Virus record (IMG/VR): IMGVR_UViG_3300037333_000013
Span: 100,668-164,667 of that record
Strand: one strand, 5' to 3'
DNA from: a virus
Length of the DNA: 64,000 nucleotides
Shown here: piece by piece, positions 1 through 8,480 of the stretch
How positions within the stretch are numbered: position 1 is the stretch's first letter
Layout: each line of letters begins with the position of its first letter
The notes under the pieces: model-generated
The model's input: the letters and a program-made list of their open reading frames with translations, nothing else
Databases searched by the model: none
Told to the model about the DNA's origin: nothing
Made by a program: the position numbers and the translations under genes

Positions 1-1316
1 AATATTTCTTTTCTGCTGATTTTTCCAACGGACTTACCACCAGTAAACGCTGATACAGCACGCATGATATCATCGAGTGCATTTTCATCTCCTTGTGCAG
101 CAAGAACGAATGTAGATAGTACACCTGCACCAAAACCAAACTTCTCGCTATCTAATACCAAGAGAGCTTTGTCATAATATGCCTTGTTGATATCGGCAAT
201 ACGCTTATCGATGGTATTTTGAACACCTTTCTTCTGCGGTTTCTTGCCTTGACTAATATCATTATCCATATCAAGTAGTTGATTTAGGGCACCTGGGTTT
301 CTACCAACTTTAATATTCTGTGCAAGGATTTCTTTCCATCGTTTGGCTACTTCCAACATACCAATTAGAAGTGACAAGACAGTAGATATTGTAGGTAAGT
401 TCGTTTCACTTACATCAAAGTTTATTGTAGGAATCAGCTTCGTTTTCTTAATAGTTTGCGTAACCATACCATACTGCCCATTTGGAACTGGTATGTCCAT
501 TTTCGATTCAGATGCTAATGAGCCAATATAACCATATGCAGTACCAATATGTACTTGACCGTTTGTTCTGTTAAGCTTCTCTTTTGTGTTACTTTTAGCA
601 ATGGATTTTACAGTCCATTCTGAGAAGTGCGTTTCTCCAAGAACATCTATTGTACAGTCTCCTGTAACGACACCAATATCGTAATGGACATTCTTTAGTT
701 TGTCCAGGGTGTTTCTAAAAATCTTGTCTAATGGGTAGTTGAAACCTTTAGATGTAGTTGATGCTAATGTTTCGTTTGCAATGACAACTGCCTGACTTAC
801 AAGTAAGTCTATGTTATTGATGTCAATATGTCTGATAACGTATCCTTTACCACTAACAATATCGTCATCATCTATTGCTAACTCCTTTCCGATATGAGAC
901 TTAGCAATGTCTAATAATGTCTTATCAAGCCCAAACGATGGCAACTTTACAAATTCTTTAACACGCATCTCGTCAGCATACTGTGATGGTGATACACCTG
1001 TCTGACCAGTCATGCTATATAATATGATAGATACACCAACTCTCTTCTCACTACCTTCCTGCATAGGAACATAAACAGCACTAAATGTGTAGTTAGTGTT
1101 GTATTTGTCAGATGCAAACGTATGCATCTTGAAGTTAGCCAATGTTTCGTGTCCCTTGAAAGCTGTTGTTAACAACTCTTCGAATTCATTAATCTCCTGA
1201 GGAACACTAGATGTTGGAGTTGCAAACATATCTGTAATGTCCTTATATTCTCTCCTTGTCATCTCGCTGTCAAATTCCTCTTCGTGCTGTTGTTTGATTT
1301 TTACGTCTACTGCCAT
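1..1316 (-). CDS. chmA: Chimallin, major phage nucleus shell protein (phiKZ gp54-like); 3' end runs off the window
   Basis: Not in the ORF track. Manual translation from ATG 1316 (SD AAGGAG) stays open for 438 codons to the edge. It contains DVLGETHFSEWTV, AYGYIG, LIPTINFD, TISTVLSLL, RNPGALN, LLVLDSEKFG and FVLAAQGDENALDDIMRAVSAFTGG, in the order recalled for chimallin blocks. It sits next to a gp52-like gene and near PhuZ. Confidence 0.82.
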   Translation of the reverse strand, partial: MAVDVKIKQQHEEEFDSEMTRREYKDITDMFATPTSSVPQEINEFEELLTTAFKGHETLANFKMHTFASDKYNTNYTFSAVYVPMQEGSEKRVGVSIILYSMTGQTGVSPSQYADEMRVKEFVKLPSFGLDKTLLDIAKSHIGKELAIDDDDIVSGKGYVIRHIDINNIDLLVSQAVVIANETLASTTSKGFNYPLDKIFRNTLDKLKNVHYDIGVVTGDCTIDVLGETHFSEWTVKSIAKSNTKEKLNRTNGQVHIGTAYGYIGSLASESKMDIPVPNGQYGMVTQTIKKTKLIPTINFDVSETNLPTISTVLSLLIGMLEVAKRWKEILAQNIKVGRNPGALNQLLDMDNDISQGKKPQKKGVQNTIDKRIADINKAYYDKALLVLDSEKFGFGAGVLSTFVLAAQGDENALDDIMRAVSAFTGGKSVGKISRKEI

Positions 1317-1378
1317 TTGTTTCTCCTTAGATTTATGTGTCTCCACTTATTTGTGTATAGCGTGCCATACATCATATC

Positions 1379-1387
1379 AATAATATC
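1379..1387 (-). promoter_or_regulatory. Early-promoter-like motif (GATATTATT) upstream of chimallin
   Basis: Variant of the repeated minus-strand ATATATTATT motif, with an upstream T-run. Confidence 0.45.
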
Positions 1388-1461
1388 CTGATGAAAAAAT
1401 ACCATATTACGATGCACTTCATTATGCGTGGTTTTACCCACAACATAACTACTTCATATAA

Positions 1462-1854
1462 CTATACAGTTAGCGAAGCTTTATAACCCATTCGTTTTAC
1501 ATAGTCAACAACGAACTTAGCTTCGTCTACTGAAATATCTTCTATATTAATGGTAGCGTTCTTCAGCAAGTCATCAAGAACGATGCTATCGTACACCACC
1601 CAATCCAAACAGAATACGTTCGTCTCGTCCAAATAGTCAAATGAGAAGAACCGTTTATCTTTTAAGTCAATGGGGTCTTCATTAATGTATTGATATAACT
1701 CTGCATTTGTTGTGTGTAAGTTTGGGTCGAGTTTAATAGCAGTCCGGTATGTCATATCAGCAATATCAATAACCACACCTTTATATTCAGAACCAATAGG
1801 TCCACCTAATGTTTTAAAACTCGCAGTCTTTCCAGAAACAAAGTTTGTCATCAT
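1462..1854 (-). CDS. Conserved phiKZ gp52-like protein
   Basis: G.EYKGV..I..M.YRTA and VFCLDW patterns, C-terminal KRMGY, and position immediately upstream of chimallin. Confidence 0.6.
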   Translation of the reverse strand: MMTNFVSGKTASFKTLGGPIGSEYKGVVIDIADMTYRTAIKLDPNLHTTNAELYQYINEDPIDLKDKRFFSFDYLDETNVFCLDWVVYDSIVLDDLLKNATINIEDISVDEAKFVVDYVKRMGYKASLTV

Positions 1855-2142
1855 TTATCCTTTTCTTATTAGTATTAGTTTATCGCCAACTAAGTCGTAT
1901 GGTGATAAGTTTGTTATGTCTATATCATAATCTGTCAATGTGGTGTTTAAGCCATCAATAACAGGGAGTATAGAATCAATCACATCACTATTCGAATATC
2001 TACACTGCGATACAATGAAATCAAGTGTCTCATATGTATAGGTATAGTCTATCAACTTTGTGATTAAACAAAGTATCTCGCTCTTTGACAAAACCTTAGC
2101 CAATGGAATCAAGTATCGTGAATCTAAGTCAACAACTACCAT
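1855..2142 (-). CDS. Small acidic hypothetical protein
   Basis: Coupled ORF in a tightly packed leftward operon. Confidence 0.7.
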   Translation of the reverse strand: MVVVDLDSRYLIPLAKVLSKSEILCLITKLIDYTYTYETLDFIVSQCRYSNSDVIDSILPVIDGLNTTLTDYDIDITNLSPYDLVGDKLILIRKG

Positions 2143-2516
2143 ACCGATAACTCCATCATTTCTCCATGTACCTTTTTTATAAGTGTGTCCTTACCCATTA
2201 AGTTAAGTCTACGCAGTTCTTCGAGAAGTTCAATGCCGGACATTATAAGTATGTCTTCATATCCAACTATTGTAGATGCAAGTAAGTTAATACTCTCTTC
2301 GATAGTATAATTAGATAGTGTCTCATATACATCCAGCATCAATCCTCTATCCAACTTATTCTGCAATAATTCATTCTTAGAAAGCAACAACGTATTCAAG
2401 ATGTTTACAATCAAAGCATCAACATCAATATTAATAGTCGTGTTATTAATCATATCTTTTACAATAATAATACTATCTGGAACACGTGCCACAATTGTTT
2501 TACTTAGTTCTTCCAT
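2136..2516 (-). CDS. Small acidic hypothetical protein
   Basis: Overlaps both neighbours; GGAG SD. Confidence 0.75.
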   Translation of the reverse strand: MEELSKTIVARVPDSIIIVKDMINNTTINIDVDALIVNILNTLLLSKNELLQNKLDRGLMLDVYETLSNYTIEESINLLASTIVGYEDILIMSGIELLEELRRLNLMGKDTLIKKVHGEMMELSVW

Positions 2517-2869
2517 ATTAACAACTCTCCATTTCCTAGATACTTTGTCATAATGACACTATCTATATCTTTTAGCAATACTCTGTATATAATGGTATGA
2601 ATATTGTTGACAATATTCATAAAGACTTCTATGTACTCCTCTACATAACCCTCTACAACATCATATGTGTCGTCAGTATCTGGTATATCTACTTCTGATA
2701 TAGCTTCGAATATTGGTCCGAAAATATCCTCTATATCTTCGTCTCCATTAATTTCACCAGCTACATTCCGAGAGATAATGTCAGTAATGCTATCAATGAC
2801 ATTTCCCATTGTTCTAGTACCTAGTACCTCTTCTATAATACATAGTAATGAGTCAGTTACCTTTATCAT
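2504..2869 (-). CDS. Small acidic hypothetical protein
   Basis: ATGA overlap with the upstream ORF; D/E-rich. Confidence 0.75.
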   Translation of the reverse strand: MIKVTDSLLCIIEEVLGTRTMGNVIDSITDIISRNVAGEINGDEDIEDIFGPIFEAISEVDIPDTDDTYDVVEGYVEEYIEVFMNIVNNIHTIIYRVLLKDIDSVIMTKYLGNGELLIWKN

Positions 2870-3216
2870 AACTCAACCACCACAACTTCTGACTTCGTTA
2901 CACATGATAGTTCCATATCTTTACCTTTAAAATTATCAAATATAAATGAATACCATTCATCATAGACATCATCGATAAGTGAACTGATAGTGTCATCTAG
3001 TTCCTCACGAATGTTGATATGATACAATATCATCGTTCCGTTGTATGATGCTATATCTGATATACACTCATCTATTTCATCATTTGTGAGATTTGTGTTA
3101 GTGTATGATAACATTGCATCGACAAGTGATGTAATAGTCGCAATGCCAATATCTTTATCTAAAGACATAAGTGATACTGAGTATTGCATTAAGTCAATGC
3201 GGTGTACTTTACTCAT
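2866..3216 (-). CDS. Small acidic hypothetical protein (start revised to ATG 3216, MSKVHRID)
   Basis: The revised start overlaps the end of the upstream ORF (translational coupling). Confidence 0.7.
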   Translation of the reverse strand: MSKVHRIDLMQYSVSLMSLDKDIGIATITSLVDAMLSYTNTNLTNDEIDECISDIASYNGTMILYHINIREELDDTISSLIDDVYDEWYSFIFDNFKGKDMELSCVTKSEVVVVEL

Positions 3217-3553
3217 CTTTAAAGACCAGATATCCAGACACCATGTCAACTGTGAATTTTGACGGTATATTAATGCGTTTAAATAGCTCATTGCTAATAT
3301 CTGAGATGAGTGACACTGACTTTTTTCTATCTTCTAACACATCATCTATCAAGTCACATAGTGAACCGAAGACGTCGCATTCAATCGTTCCGTGCATAAC
3401 AAACTCATCTCTACATGAAATCACATTCTCGTACACTCCACAAATAAACGCTCTCCTACTACCGCCAACAGCTGTCTTCTTCTTTAACTTGGCTTTATCA
3501 TAAAGCTCAGTTAGCTCAGTTATACCAAGTAACCCATCCATATAGATAGTCAT
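3209..3553 (-). CDS. Small hypothetical protein
   Basis: AGGAGG SD; operon packing. Confidence 0.75.
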   Translation of the reverse strand: MTIYMDGLLGITELTELYDKAKLKKKTAVGGSRRAFICGVYENVISCRDEFVMHGTIECDVFGSLCDLIDDVLEDRKKSVSLISDISNELFKRINIPSKFTVDMVSGYLVFKDE

Positions 3554-3554
3554 A

Positions 3555-3902
3555 CTACCTCCTTATACATATTGTTGCATATATTGTGTCACCAATATCT
3601 TCGAATTTTAAAACAAACAAACATTTTAAGTCGTCTGGTACCTTGTAGATAGGAAATAGTTCACCAAACGTAGACTCAAGCGATGTCATTACATTATCAT
3701 ACAATGCACTCGCTTCTTGATAGCAGAGTTCTGACACACTTGGAAGGAAAGACATAATCTCTCTCATACTATCAACGACATTAAATGCTTGTAATATCAC
3801 AGCGTGCTTTGGTTCGATAGAATGGACTTCAACCATCACCACACCATCACACTCTACATAGTCAAAATCATACATAGCATATAGTTCATTTACTATTTTC
3901 AT
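3555..3902 (-). CDS. Small acidic hypothetical protein
   Basis: Operon packing; ATGA overlap. Confidence 0.7.
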   Translation of the reverse strand: MKIVNELYAMYDFDYVECDGVVMVEVHSIEPKHAVILQAFNVVDSMREIMSFLPSVSELCYQEASALYDNVMTSLESTFGELFPIYKVPDDLKCLFVLKFEDIGDTIYATICIRR

Positions 3903-4210
3903 AATAGAACATGAATCACTACCGTCACTTCGTGTTCACCACTCTTCACGAACTCTTTGATAAAACAGCAGTGTCGTGTAGAAACATTAGGGGTCGGTAA
4001 CATAGGTTTACTAATGAGTAACTTAAATGTCTTCTCTAAATGCATAGTAATATCATTATAAGTACTTACATACTCATCCATATCTGTAATATCACTATCG
4101 AACAATAACGAGTTTATCTCGTGTTCGTTTAAGTTGTTGTTTACGATGTTTAATCCATCGCACGCTAAATCTGTATCTACCTTAATGAGTAATGTACCAC
4201 AAAGAGTCAT
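3899..4210 (-). CDS. Small hypothetical protein
   Basis: AAGGAG SD; operon packing. Confidence 0.7.
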   Translation of the reverse strand: MTLCGTLLIKVDTDLACDGLNIVNNNLNEHEINSLLFDSDITDMDEYVSTYNDITMHLEKTFKLLISKPMLPTPNVSTRHCCFIKEFVKSGEHEVTVVIHVLL

Positions 4211-4859
4211 TCTCTTTCTCCTTCAATCTGTTATTTTCATCACGTATTTTTATAAGAGATTCGTCGAACCTCAACTCTTTTGCTGAACCTAATGGAACAA
4301 CTTCTAACATACTTCCACCATAGTCAACATTGTATACAATAGAACTATCAAAATGAACAGTGTCTATAATACACGCCAATATATAATGTACAATAGCAAG
4401 TGTCTCGTCGTCGATATTATAATATGAGTGTATAGATGATATGAGTGCATCATTAAGTGTCTCCGTTGTTGGAATCACAGGTATGAGTTGTGTATCCTCA
4501 TTGGTTAGGGGATTAAACATAATAAGCTCTTTATGGTCGTGCCTAAAATACTGTGCTAAGTTTAAAGCATCAACAATGAGCATAGCTGGCGATATGTGAA
4601 GATAGGGAACCAGGCGTAAGTTTCGATTATCCTCTTTTCGTACGATAACGTGCTTACTTTCATCTACAATATCAAGATATAGATACCGAATCTGTTTGTT
4701 CTCGTCCAGAATAGGTTCACCATTGTCGTAGCTCAGTCCGCCTAGTTTAATGGCATCTCTCCTATCTGGAAGATAGATACCAATATCTACATCAAAGTTT
4801 GACATACCACACAATGATGCTATCCTGATTACTTCTGTCTCGAAATTAAAAACTCTCAT
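4182..4859 (-). CDS. Hypothetical protein, first full gene of an early operon
   Basis: 225-aa ORF with AAGGAG SD, downstream of the early motif. Confidence 0.8.
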   Translation of the reverse strand: MRVFNFETEVIRIASLCGMSNFDVDIGIYLPDRRDAIKLGGLSYDNGEPILDENKQIRYLYLDIVDESKHVIVRKEDNRNLRLVPYLHISPAMLIVDALNLAQYFRHDHKELIMFNPLTNEDTQLIPVIPTTETLNDALISSIHSYYNIDDETLAIVHYILACIIDTVHFDSSIVYNVDYGGSMLEVVPLGSAKELRFDESLIKIRDENNRLKEKENDSLWYITH

Positions 4860-4974
4860 TGTTCTCCTTTATCATAGAAGCCTACTCCTATCTAAAATAG
4901 GTACTATCTATACTTATGTACTCTTCAATCATTTTATCTCCTTTATACGTTGTTTTTGTCTCATTAGACACTAT

Positions 4975-4984
4975 AATAATATAT
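4975..4984 (-). promoter_or_regulatory. Early-promoter-like motif ATATATTATT
   Basis: Repeated motif resembling the phiKZ early TATATTAC element. Confidence 0.55.
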
Positions 4985-4998
4985 GACTAAAAAGAAAC

Positions 4999-5030
4999 AA
5001 TAGTCTGTGTGCATATGCACACAGACTATT
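4999..5030. terminator. 32-bp perfect palindrome, probable terminator
   Basis: AATAGTCTGTGTGCAT|ATGCACACAGACTATT at the stop of 5029..5805, followed by a T-rich tract on the minus strand. Confidence 0.7.
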
Positions 5031-5805
5031 AACTTAATCCACCAAAACACAAACGTGTGTAATTCCTCATGCGTGTTCTGTCAGCCATAAATAACTGTTT
5101 CTTTGTCTTCTTGTTAATGAGTTCGAAATATTCATTAAAGGAGTTAGAGTAGCTATTGATAATGTTATCTACTTCACCAAGTTCATAACCGTTATATAAG
5201 TGAGCAGTACCCTTTCTAATAATGAGTGTATTGTAGATATATAACTCAACAGCTTTCATTGCTGTCAAAGCAAGGTCAGGATAAAACCCATTTCCTATTT
5301 CGCTAAATGACTCTGAGTAACTAACGAGTATCTTCACGTCAGTATTTGAGAAGTCACTGATGACTTCGTTTACAAGAAACTCATTGCCACTTATTTTCTC
5401 AATGGCAGTTGTCATAAAGGAGTTTTGCCTTACCTCTTTTTGAAATGCTCTTCTTCCAACATTATCAATTCCAGAACCATAGATATCAATGTCGAAATCG
5501 TAACTTGTGACTAAGTTAAGCACATTAATAATGTATCTTCCATTTAGTGCTTCGTCTGGCACTCGCATTAACATAGACCTATCTGTCTCATATACAACAG
5601 TACAAACATCTAACGGTACTGTTATCTCAACACCAGAGATATAGTTCATATCCAGAAAGAACCTAGGTTCCAATGCTCTAGAGCTTATTTTATAATCTAA
5701 ACTGTAGACGCTGTCATTAATCTCTCTATTAAAGAATGCCATCTGCAATACCTGTTCAGGTATACCTTGACGAATGACACCTAAACAATACTGTTTAAAA
5801 CTCAT
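5029..5805 (-). CDS. Conserved phiKZ gp42-like protein
   Basis: IPEQVLQMAF, SLDYKI...PRFFLDMN..G and GYELG motifs; synteny downstream of PhuZ. Confidence 0.6.
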   Translation of the reverse strand: MSFKQYCLGVIRQGIPEQVLQMAFFNREINDSVYSLDYKISSRALEPRFFLDMNYISGVEITVPLDVCTVVYETDRSMLMRVPDEALNGRYIINVLNLVTSYDFDIDIYGSGIDNVGRRAFQKEVRQNSFMTTAIEKISGNEFLVNEVISDFSNTDVKILVSYSESFSEIGNGFYPDLALTAMKAVELYIYNTLIIRKGTAHLYNGYELGEVDNIINSYSNSFNEYFELINKKTKKQLFMADRTRMRNYTRLCFGGLS

Positions 5806-5807
5806 CG

Positions 5808-6830
5808 TTATCCTTTTATATTTTTAAAGAATGAATAGATAGTGTCTCTATCCATCTCAAATAACGAACACTCAAGTTTTCCAACATCGGCTGACTTTGC
5901 TACCAAAAAGAACTGTTTTAGTCCACGTGTGTTACTGAAGAACTGCTTTTTACTCACGCGACTCAATGTATCATAGAGACGCATGACAAGAGACCCATAA
6001 ATAATAAAGTATGGTAGTGTATCATACCTATTGAAGTATGGGAAACTCACTTGCATATATTCTAGTGCCGTACTATGGGTACTCGGTATGTTGTGCAAGA
6101 CAGAATCATAAGTAGCACTTTTGTCCTTTATCTTACGCAATAGTAGTTTCTTATCCTCTTCAAAGATATCTGTGTAGTCTGTAACATAGAACGGATGTAA
6201 ATTTACATTAAAAGGAGAAGCATCAAAGAGGTAGAAATTCATCAGTGATATATTAAACATTCCACATATGGCGTTTGTATAGACGTATCTATACAAGAAC
6301 TCTCTTTCTGAGTATCCTAAGTTACTACCATTTCTTACCCTACAAAAATCTAAATATTGCAGTGCCATTAACGTAATGTCAATGGTATAAAAACAGAACG
6401 AATACGACGCGTCTAGTGGATGTGGGTGTGTGAAACTACAATGGTCAGAATATAATGGCTTTAACGCAACAGCATTATCATACTTTATATCTCTTAGATA
6501 ATCACTTTTCGTATGGATAAAAATATCTCTGTCGTCGTAGTCGGTATATGAAACACGACTCGCTATATTATGTAACCTTACTAACTTCGGTATCATATAT
6601 TCGCACCTATCAATGACATCAAACTTTGTCAATGTTGGCTCTACACCAATAGCGTGTAAAATCTTATATAAAGTATCGTTATGCGATACTCTATCTATCC
6701 TTCCACTGTAATACTCTTTTACTTTTGAAATATCTTTTTTTATCTTCTCTATGTATTGTGGTACTTTACCAGACCCAGAGATATTTAATATCTTATCTGG
6801 AGTAAATCCTATTCTGAAAGCATCTAACAT
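5808..6830 (-). CDS. Conserved phiKZ-like hypothetical protein between PhuZ and the gp42-like gene
   Basis: KVKEYY...VSHNDTL..IL and IDITLMALQY motifs; synteny. Confidence 0.55.
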   Translation of the reverse strand: MLDAFRIGFTPDKILNISGSGKVPQYIEKIKKDISKVKEYYSGRIDRVSHNDTLYKILHAIGVEPTLTKFDVIDRCEYMIPKLVRLHNIASRVSYTDYDDRDIFIHTKSDYLRDIKYDNAVALKPLYSDHCSFTHPHPLDASYSFCFYTIDITLMALQYLDFCRVRNGSNLGYSEREFLYRYVYTNAICGMFNISLMNFYLFDASPFNVNLHPFYVTDYTDIFEEDKKLLLRKIKDKSATYDSVLHNIPSTHSTALEYMQVSFPYFNRYDTLPYFIIYGSLVMRLYDTLSRVSKKQFFSNTRGLKQFFLVAKSADVGKLECSLFEMDRDTIYSFFKNIKG

Positions 6831-6865
6831 TGTTATCCCCTTTGTATAATCAAAAAAGAAAAGTC

Positions 6866-6893
6866 TGATACTAGGACAAATGTCCTAGTATCA
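6866..6893 (-). terminator. Hairpin terminator after phuZ
   Basis: TGATACTAGGACA-AA-TGTCCTAGTATCA followed by a minus-strand T-rich tract. Confidence 0.7.
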
Positions 6894-6895
6894 TA

Positions 6896-7900
6896 TTATA
6901 GTACGAACTCTTCGTCAGTGACCTCCATATCATCATCTTCGAATGTATATTGTTGTGCGTCTTTAATCTGCTTCAAGTTTGTCATGATTGTACCCATTAG
7001 ACCAATGCGTGAGTGCATAGTAAGTGGTAAGCTACCTTTGTCTCCAAGGTTATCTAAGACAGACTTATCTAAAATGACACCTTGTCTATTTGACATAGAT
7101 GGTACATCAATGGTTGTGTTGTTATTGTCCGTCAATACTCTCGTTACGACGTATTGGTCATCTCCAAAGTTATCCCCACTTGTTACGTCTACGATAGAGA
7201 TTCCACTAGGTACATTGAACTTCTTAGCGAGCATATGTGGTTTGAAGAATACTGCCATGTCAGCAGGGTCTAACTGTTCATTCTCGCCACTCACAAAGAT
7301 TGACGTAGCAACAACAAATGATACTACATCTAAGTTTACAGATGTGAGTGTATCGGACATCGCATTGTCCCTGAACATCATACTGATATTTTTTCTGTTC
7401 TTTTTTGCCAAGTTGTGGAATGTCTGGAGCGTGTCAACGGTATTAGATGTGACATGCAATGTACTACTATCACCTATTGTAATCGTTCCAAAGTTCACAT
7501 CTCTCTCTAGGAATTCTTTCACAATGATTGGTGCCGCAACAGAACCAGTTGCACCACTAGCACTATGTACAAGTAGTGCAAAGTTTGTTTCGTTCTCTTC
7601 AAAGATTCCAGTATTATTCAAGAACTTCACAACCCCATTCTTAATCACATCTAAGTTCTCCCCACGAATTGTCCCACTACCAACAACACCTTTACTTCCA
7701 ATTCTGGTGTCGTCAATCTTGAAGAACTCGGCATCAATAGCAGTTGCTTTATGTTTGTTTGCCTCACTTGTGTCTAGCACTAAGTACTCAATATCAGCAA
7801 TCCCATTTCCAGTAATATCTAATGCGTCGAAGTAATCTTTGATTTCGTATGCAATATTTGCACCTGTCCCACCTAATGCGATGATTCTTAATTTTACCAT
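6896..7900 (-). CDS. phuZ: Phage tubulin PhuZ
   Basis: N-terminal IIALGGTGANI, LDTS, GSGTIRGEN, tubulin signature SASGATGS, T7 loop ENEQLDPAD, acidic C-tail ending EEFVL. Confidence 0.92.
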   Translation of the reverse strand: MVKLRIIALGGTGANIAYEIKDYFDALDITGNGIADIEYLVLDTSEANKHKATAIDAEFFKIDDTRIGSKGVVGSGTIRGENLDVIKNGVVKFLNNTGIFEENETNFALLVHSASGATGSVAAPIIVKEFLERDVNFGTITIGDSSTLHVTSNTVDTLQTFHNLAKKNRKNISMMFRDNAMSDTLTSVNLDVVSFVVATSIFVSGENEQLDPADMAVFFKPHMLAKKFNVPSGISIVDVTSGDNFGDDQYVVTRVLTDNNNTTIDVPSMSNRQGVILDKSVLDNLGDKGSLPLTMHSRIGLMGTIMTNLKQIKDAQQYTFEDDDMEVTDEEFVL

Positions 7901-7949
7901 ATTGTCTCCTTTAGACGTTGTTTTAGTTTATGTGTTTATCACACACACC

Positions 7950-7959
7950 AATAATATAT
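7950..7959 (-). promoter_or_regulatory. Early-promoter-like motif upstream of phuZ
   Basis: ATATATTATT on the minus strand, about 50 nt before the ATG. Confidence 0.55.
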
Positions 7960-7969
7960 AAGTCTCTTT

Positions 7970-8341
7970 TTATGCTGTGATTGTCTCTCTGATAAAGAAA
8001 GCAACAACAATAAACTGTTCATGAGTTAACTTATCAAGCTCTGGAATTAAGACAGCTTTAGATAACGTATCATCGATGAACTCTTTGTAAATCTCATTAT
8101 ACGATTCAATGTATCTTCTCACCTCATTTGGAACCTCTTTATGTAGTGTTAATGAGAAGTACGTAGAGAATATCGCTTCTCTTTTAAGCCAAGTATCCTC
8201 AATGCTCTCTGACCCATCACTTTCTAATCCATTTAGAATCTCATATAGGTTAAGTTCAGAACAACTAACCAACAACTCTTCGATGTAATCTGTGTATGGT
8301 GTAGACTTAACAATATTATTTACTACTTCAATTACTTTCAT
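7970..8341 (-). CDS. Hypothetical protein
   Basis: 123-aa ORF with AGGAG SD. Confidence 0.75.
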   Translation of the reverse strand: MKVIEVVNNIVKSTPYTDYIEELLVSCSELNLYEILNGLESDGSESIEDTWLKREAIFSTYFSLTLHKEVPNEVRRYIESYNEIYKEFIDDTLSKAVLIPELDKLTHEQFIVVAFFIRETITA

Positions 8342-8389
8342 TATTTCTCCTAGGACGATATGTCAAGAAAAGAAAGTGAAAACAATTTA

Positions 8390-8413
8390 ACATACTGTCC
8401 GAAGACAGTATGT
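8390..8413 (-). terminator. Intrinsic terminator with cUUCGg tetraloop after nrdB
   Basis: Minus strand reads ACATACTGTC-TTCG-GACAGTATGT, then a T-rich tract. Confidence 0.7.
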
Positions 8414-8480
8414 CATTTTTTAACACCGTGTAGAAAAAGCAGAGCAGTTAATTGTAAATCATTCGGAGAAAATGTGAACT

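Noticed and set aside
343-531. 62-aa plus-strand ORF
   Set aside because: Lies antisense within the chimallin ORF
7540-7570. PhuZ signature SASGATGS as a sign of inactivation
   Set aside because: PhuZ/TubZ G-boxes vary, and the T7 Asp and other motifs are intact
6918-7835. 305-aa plus-strand ORF
   Set aside because: Antisense shadow of phuZ; Ser/Thr-rich with no SD or motifs
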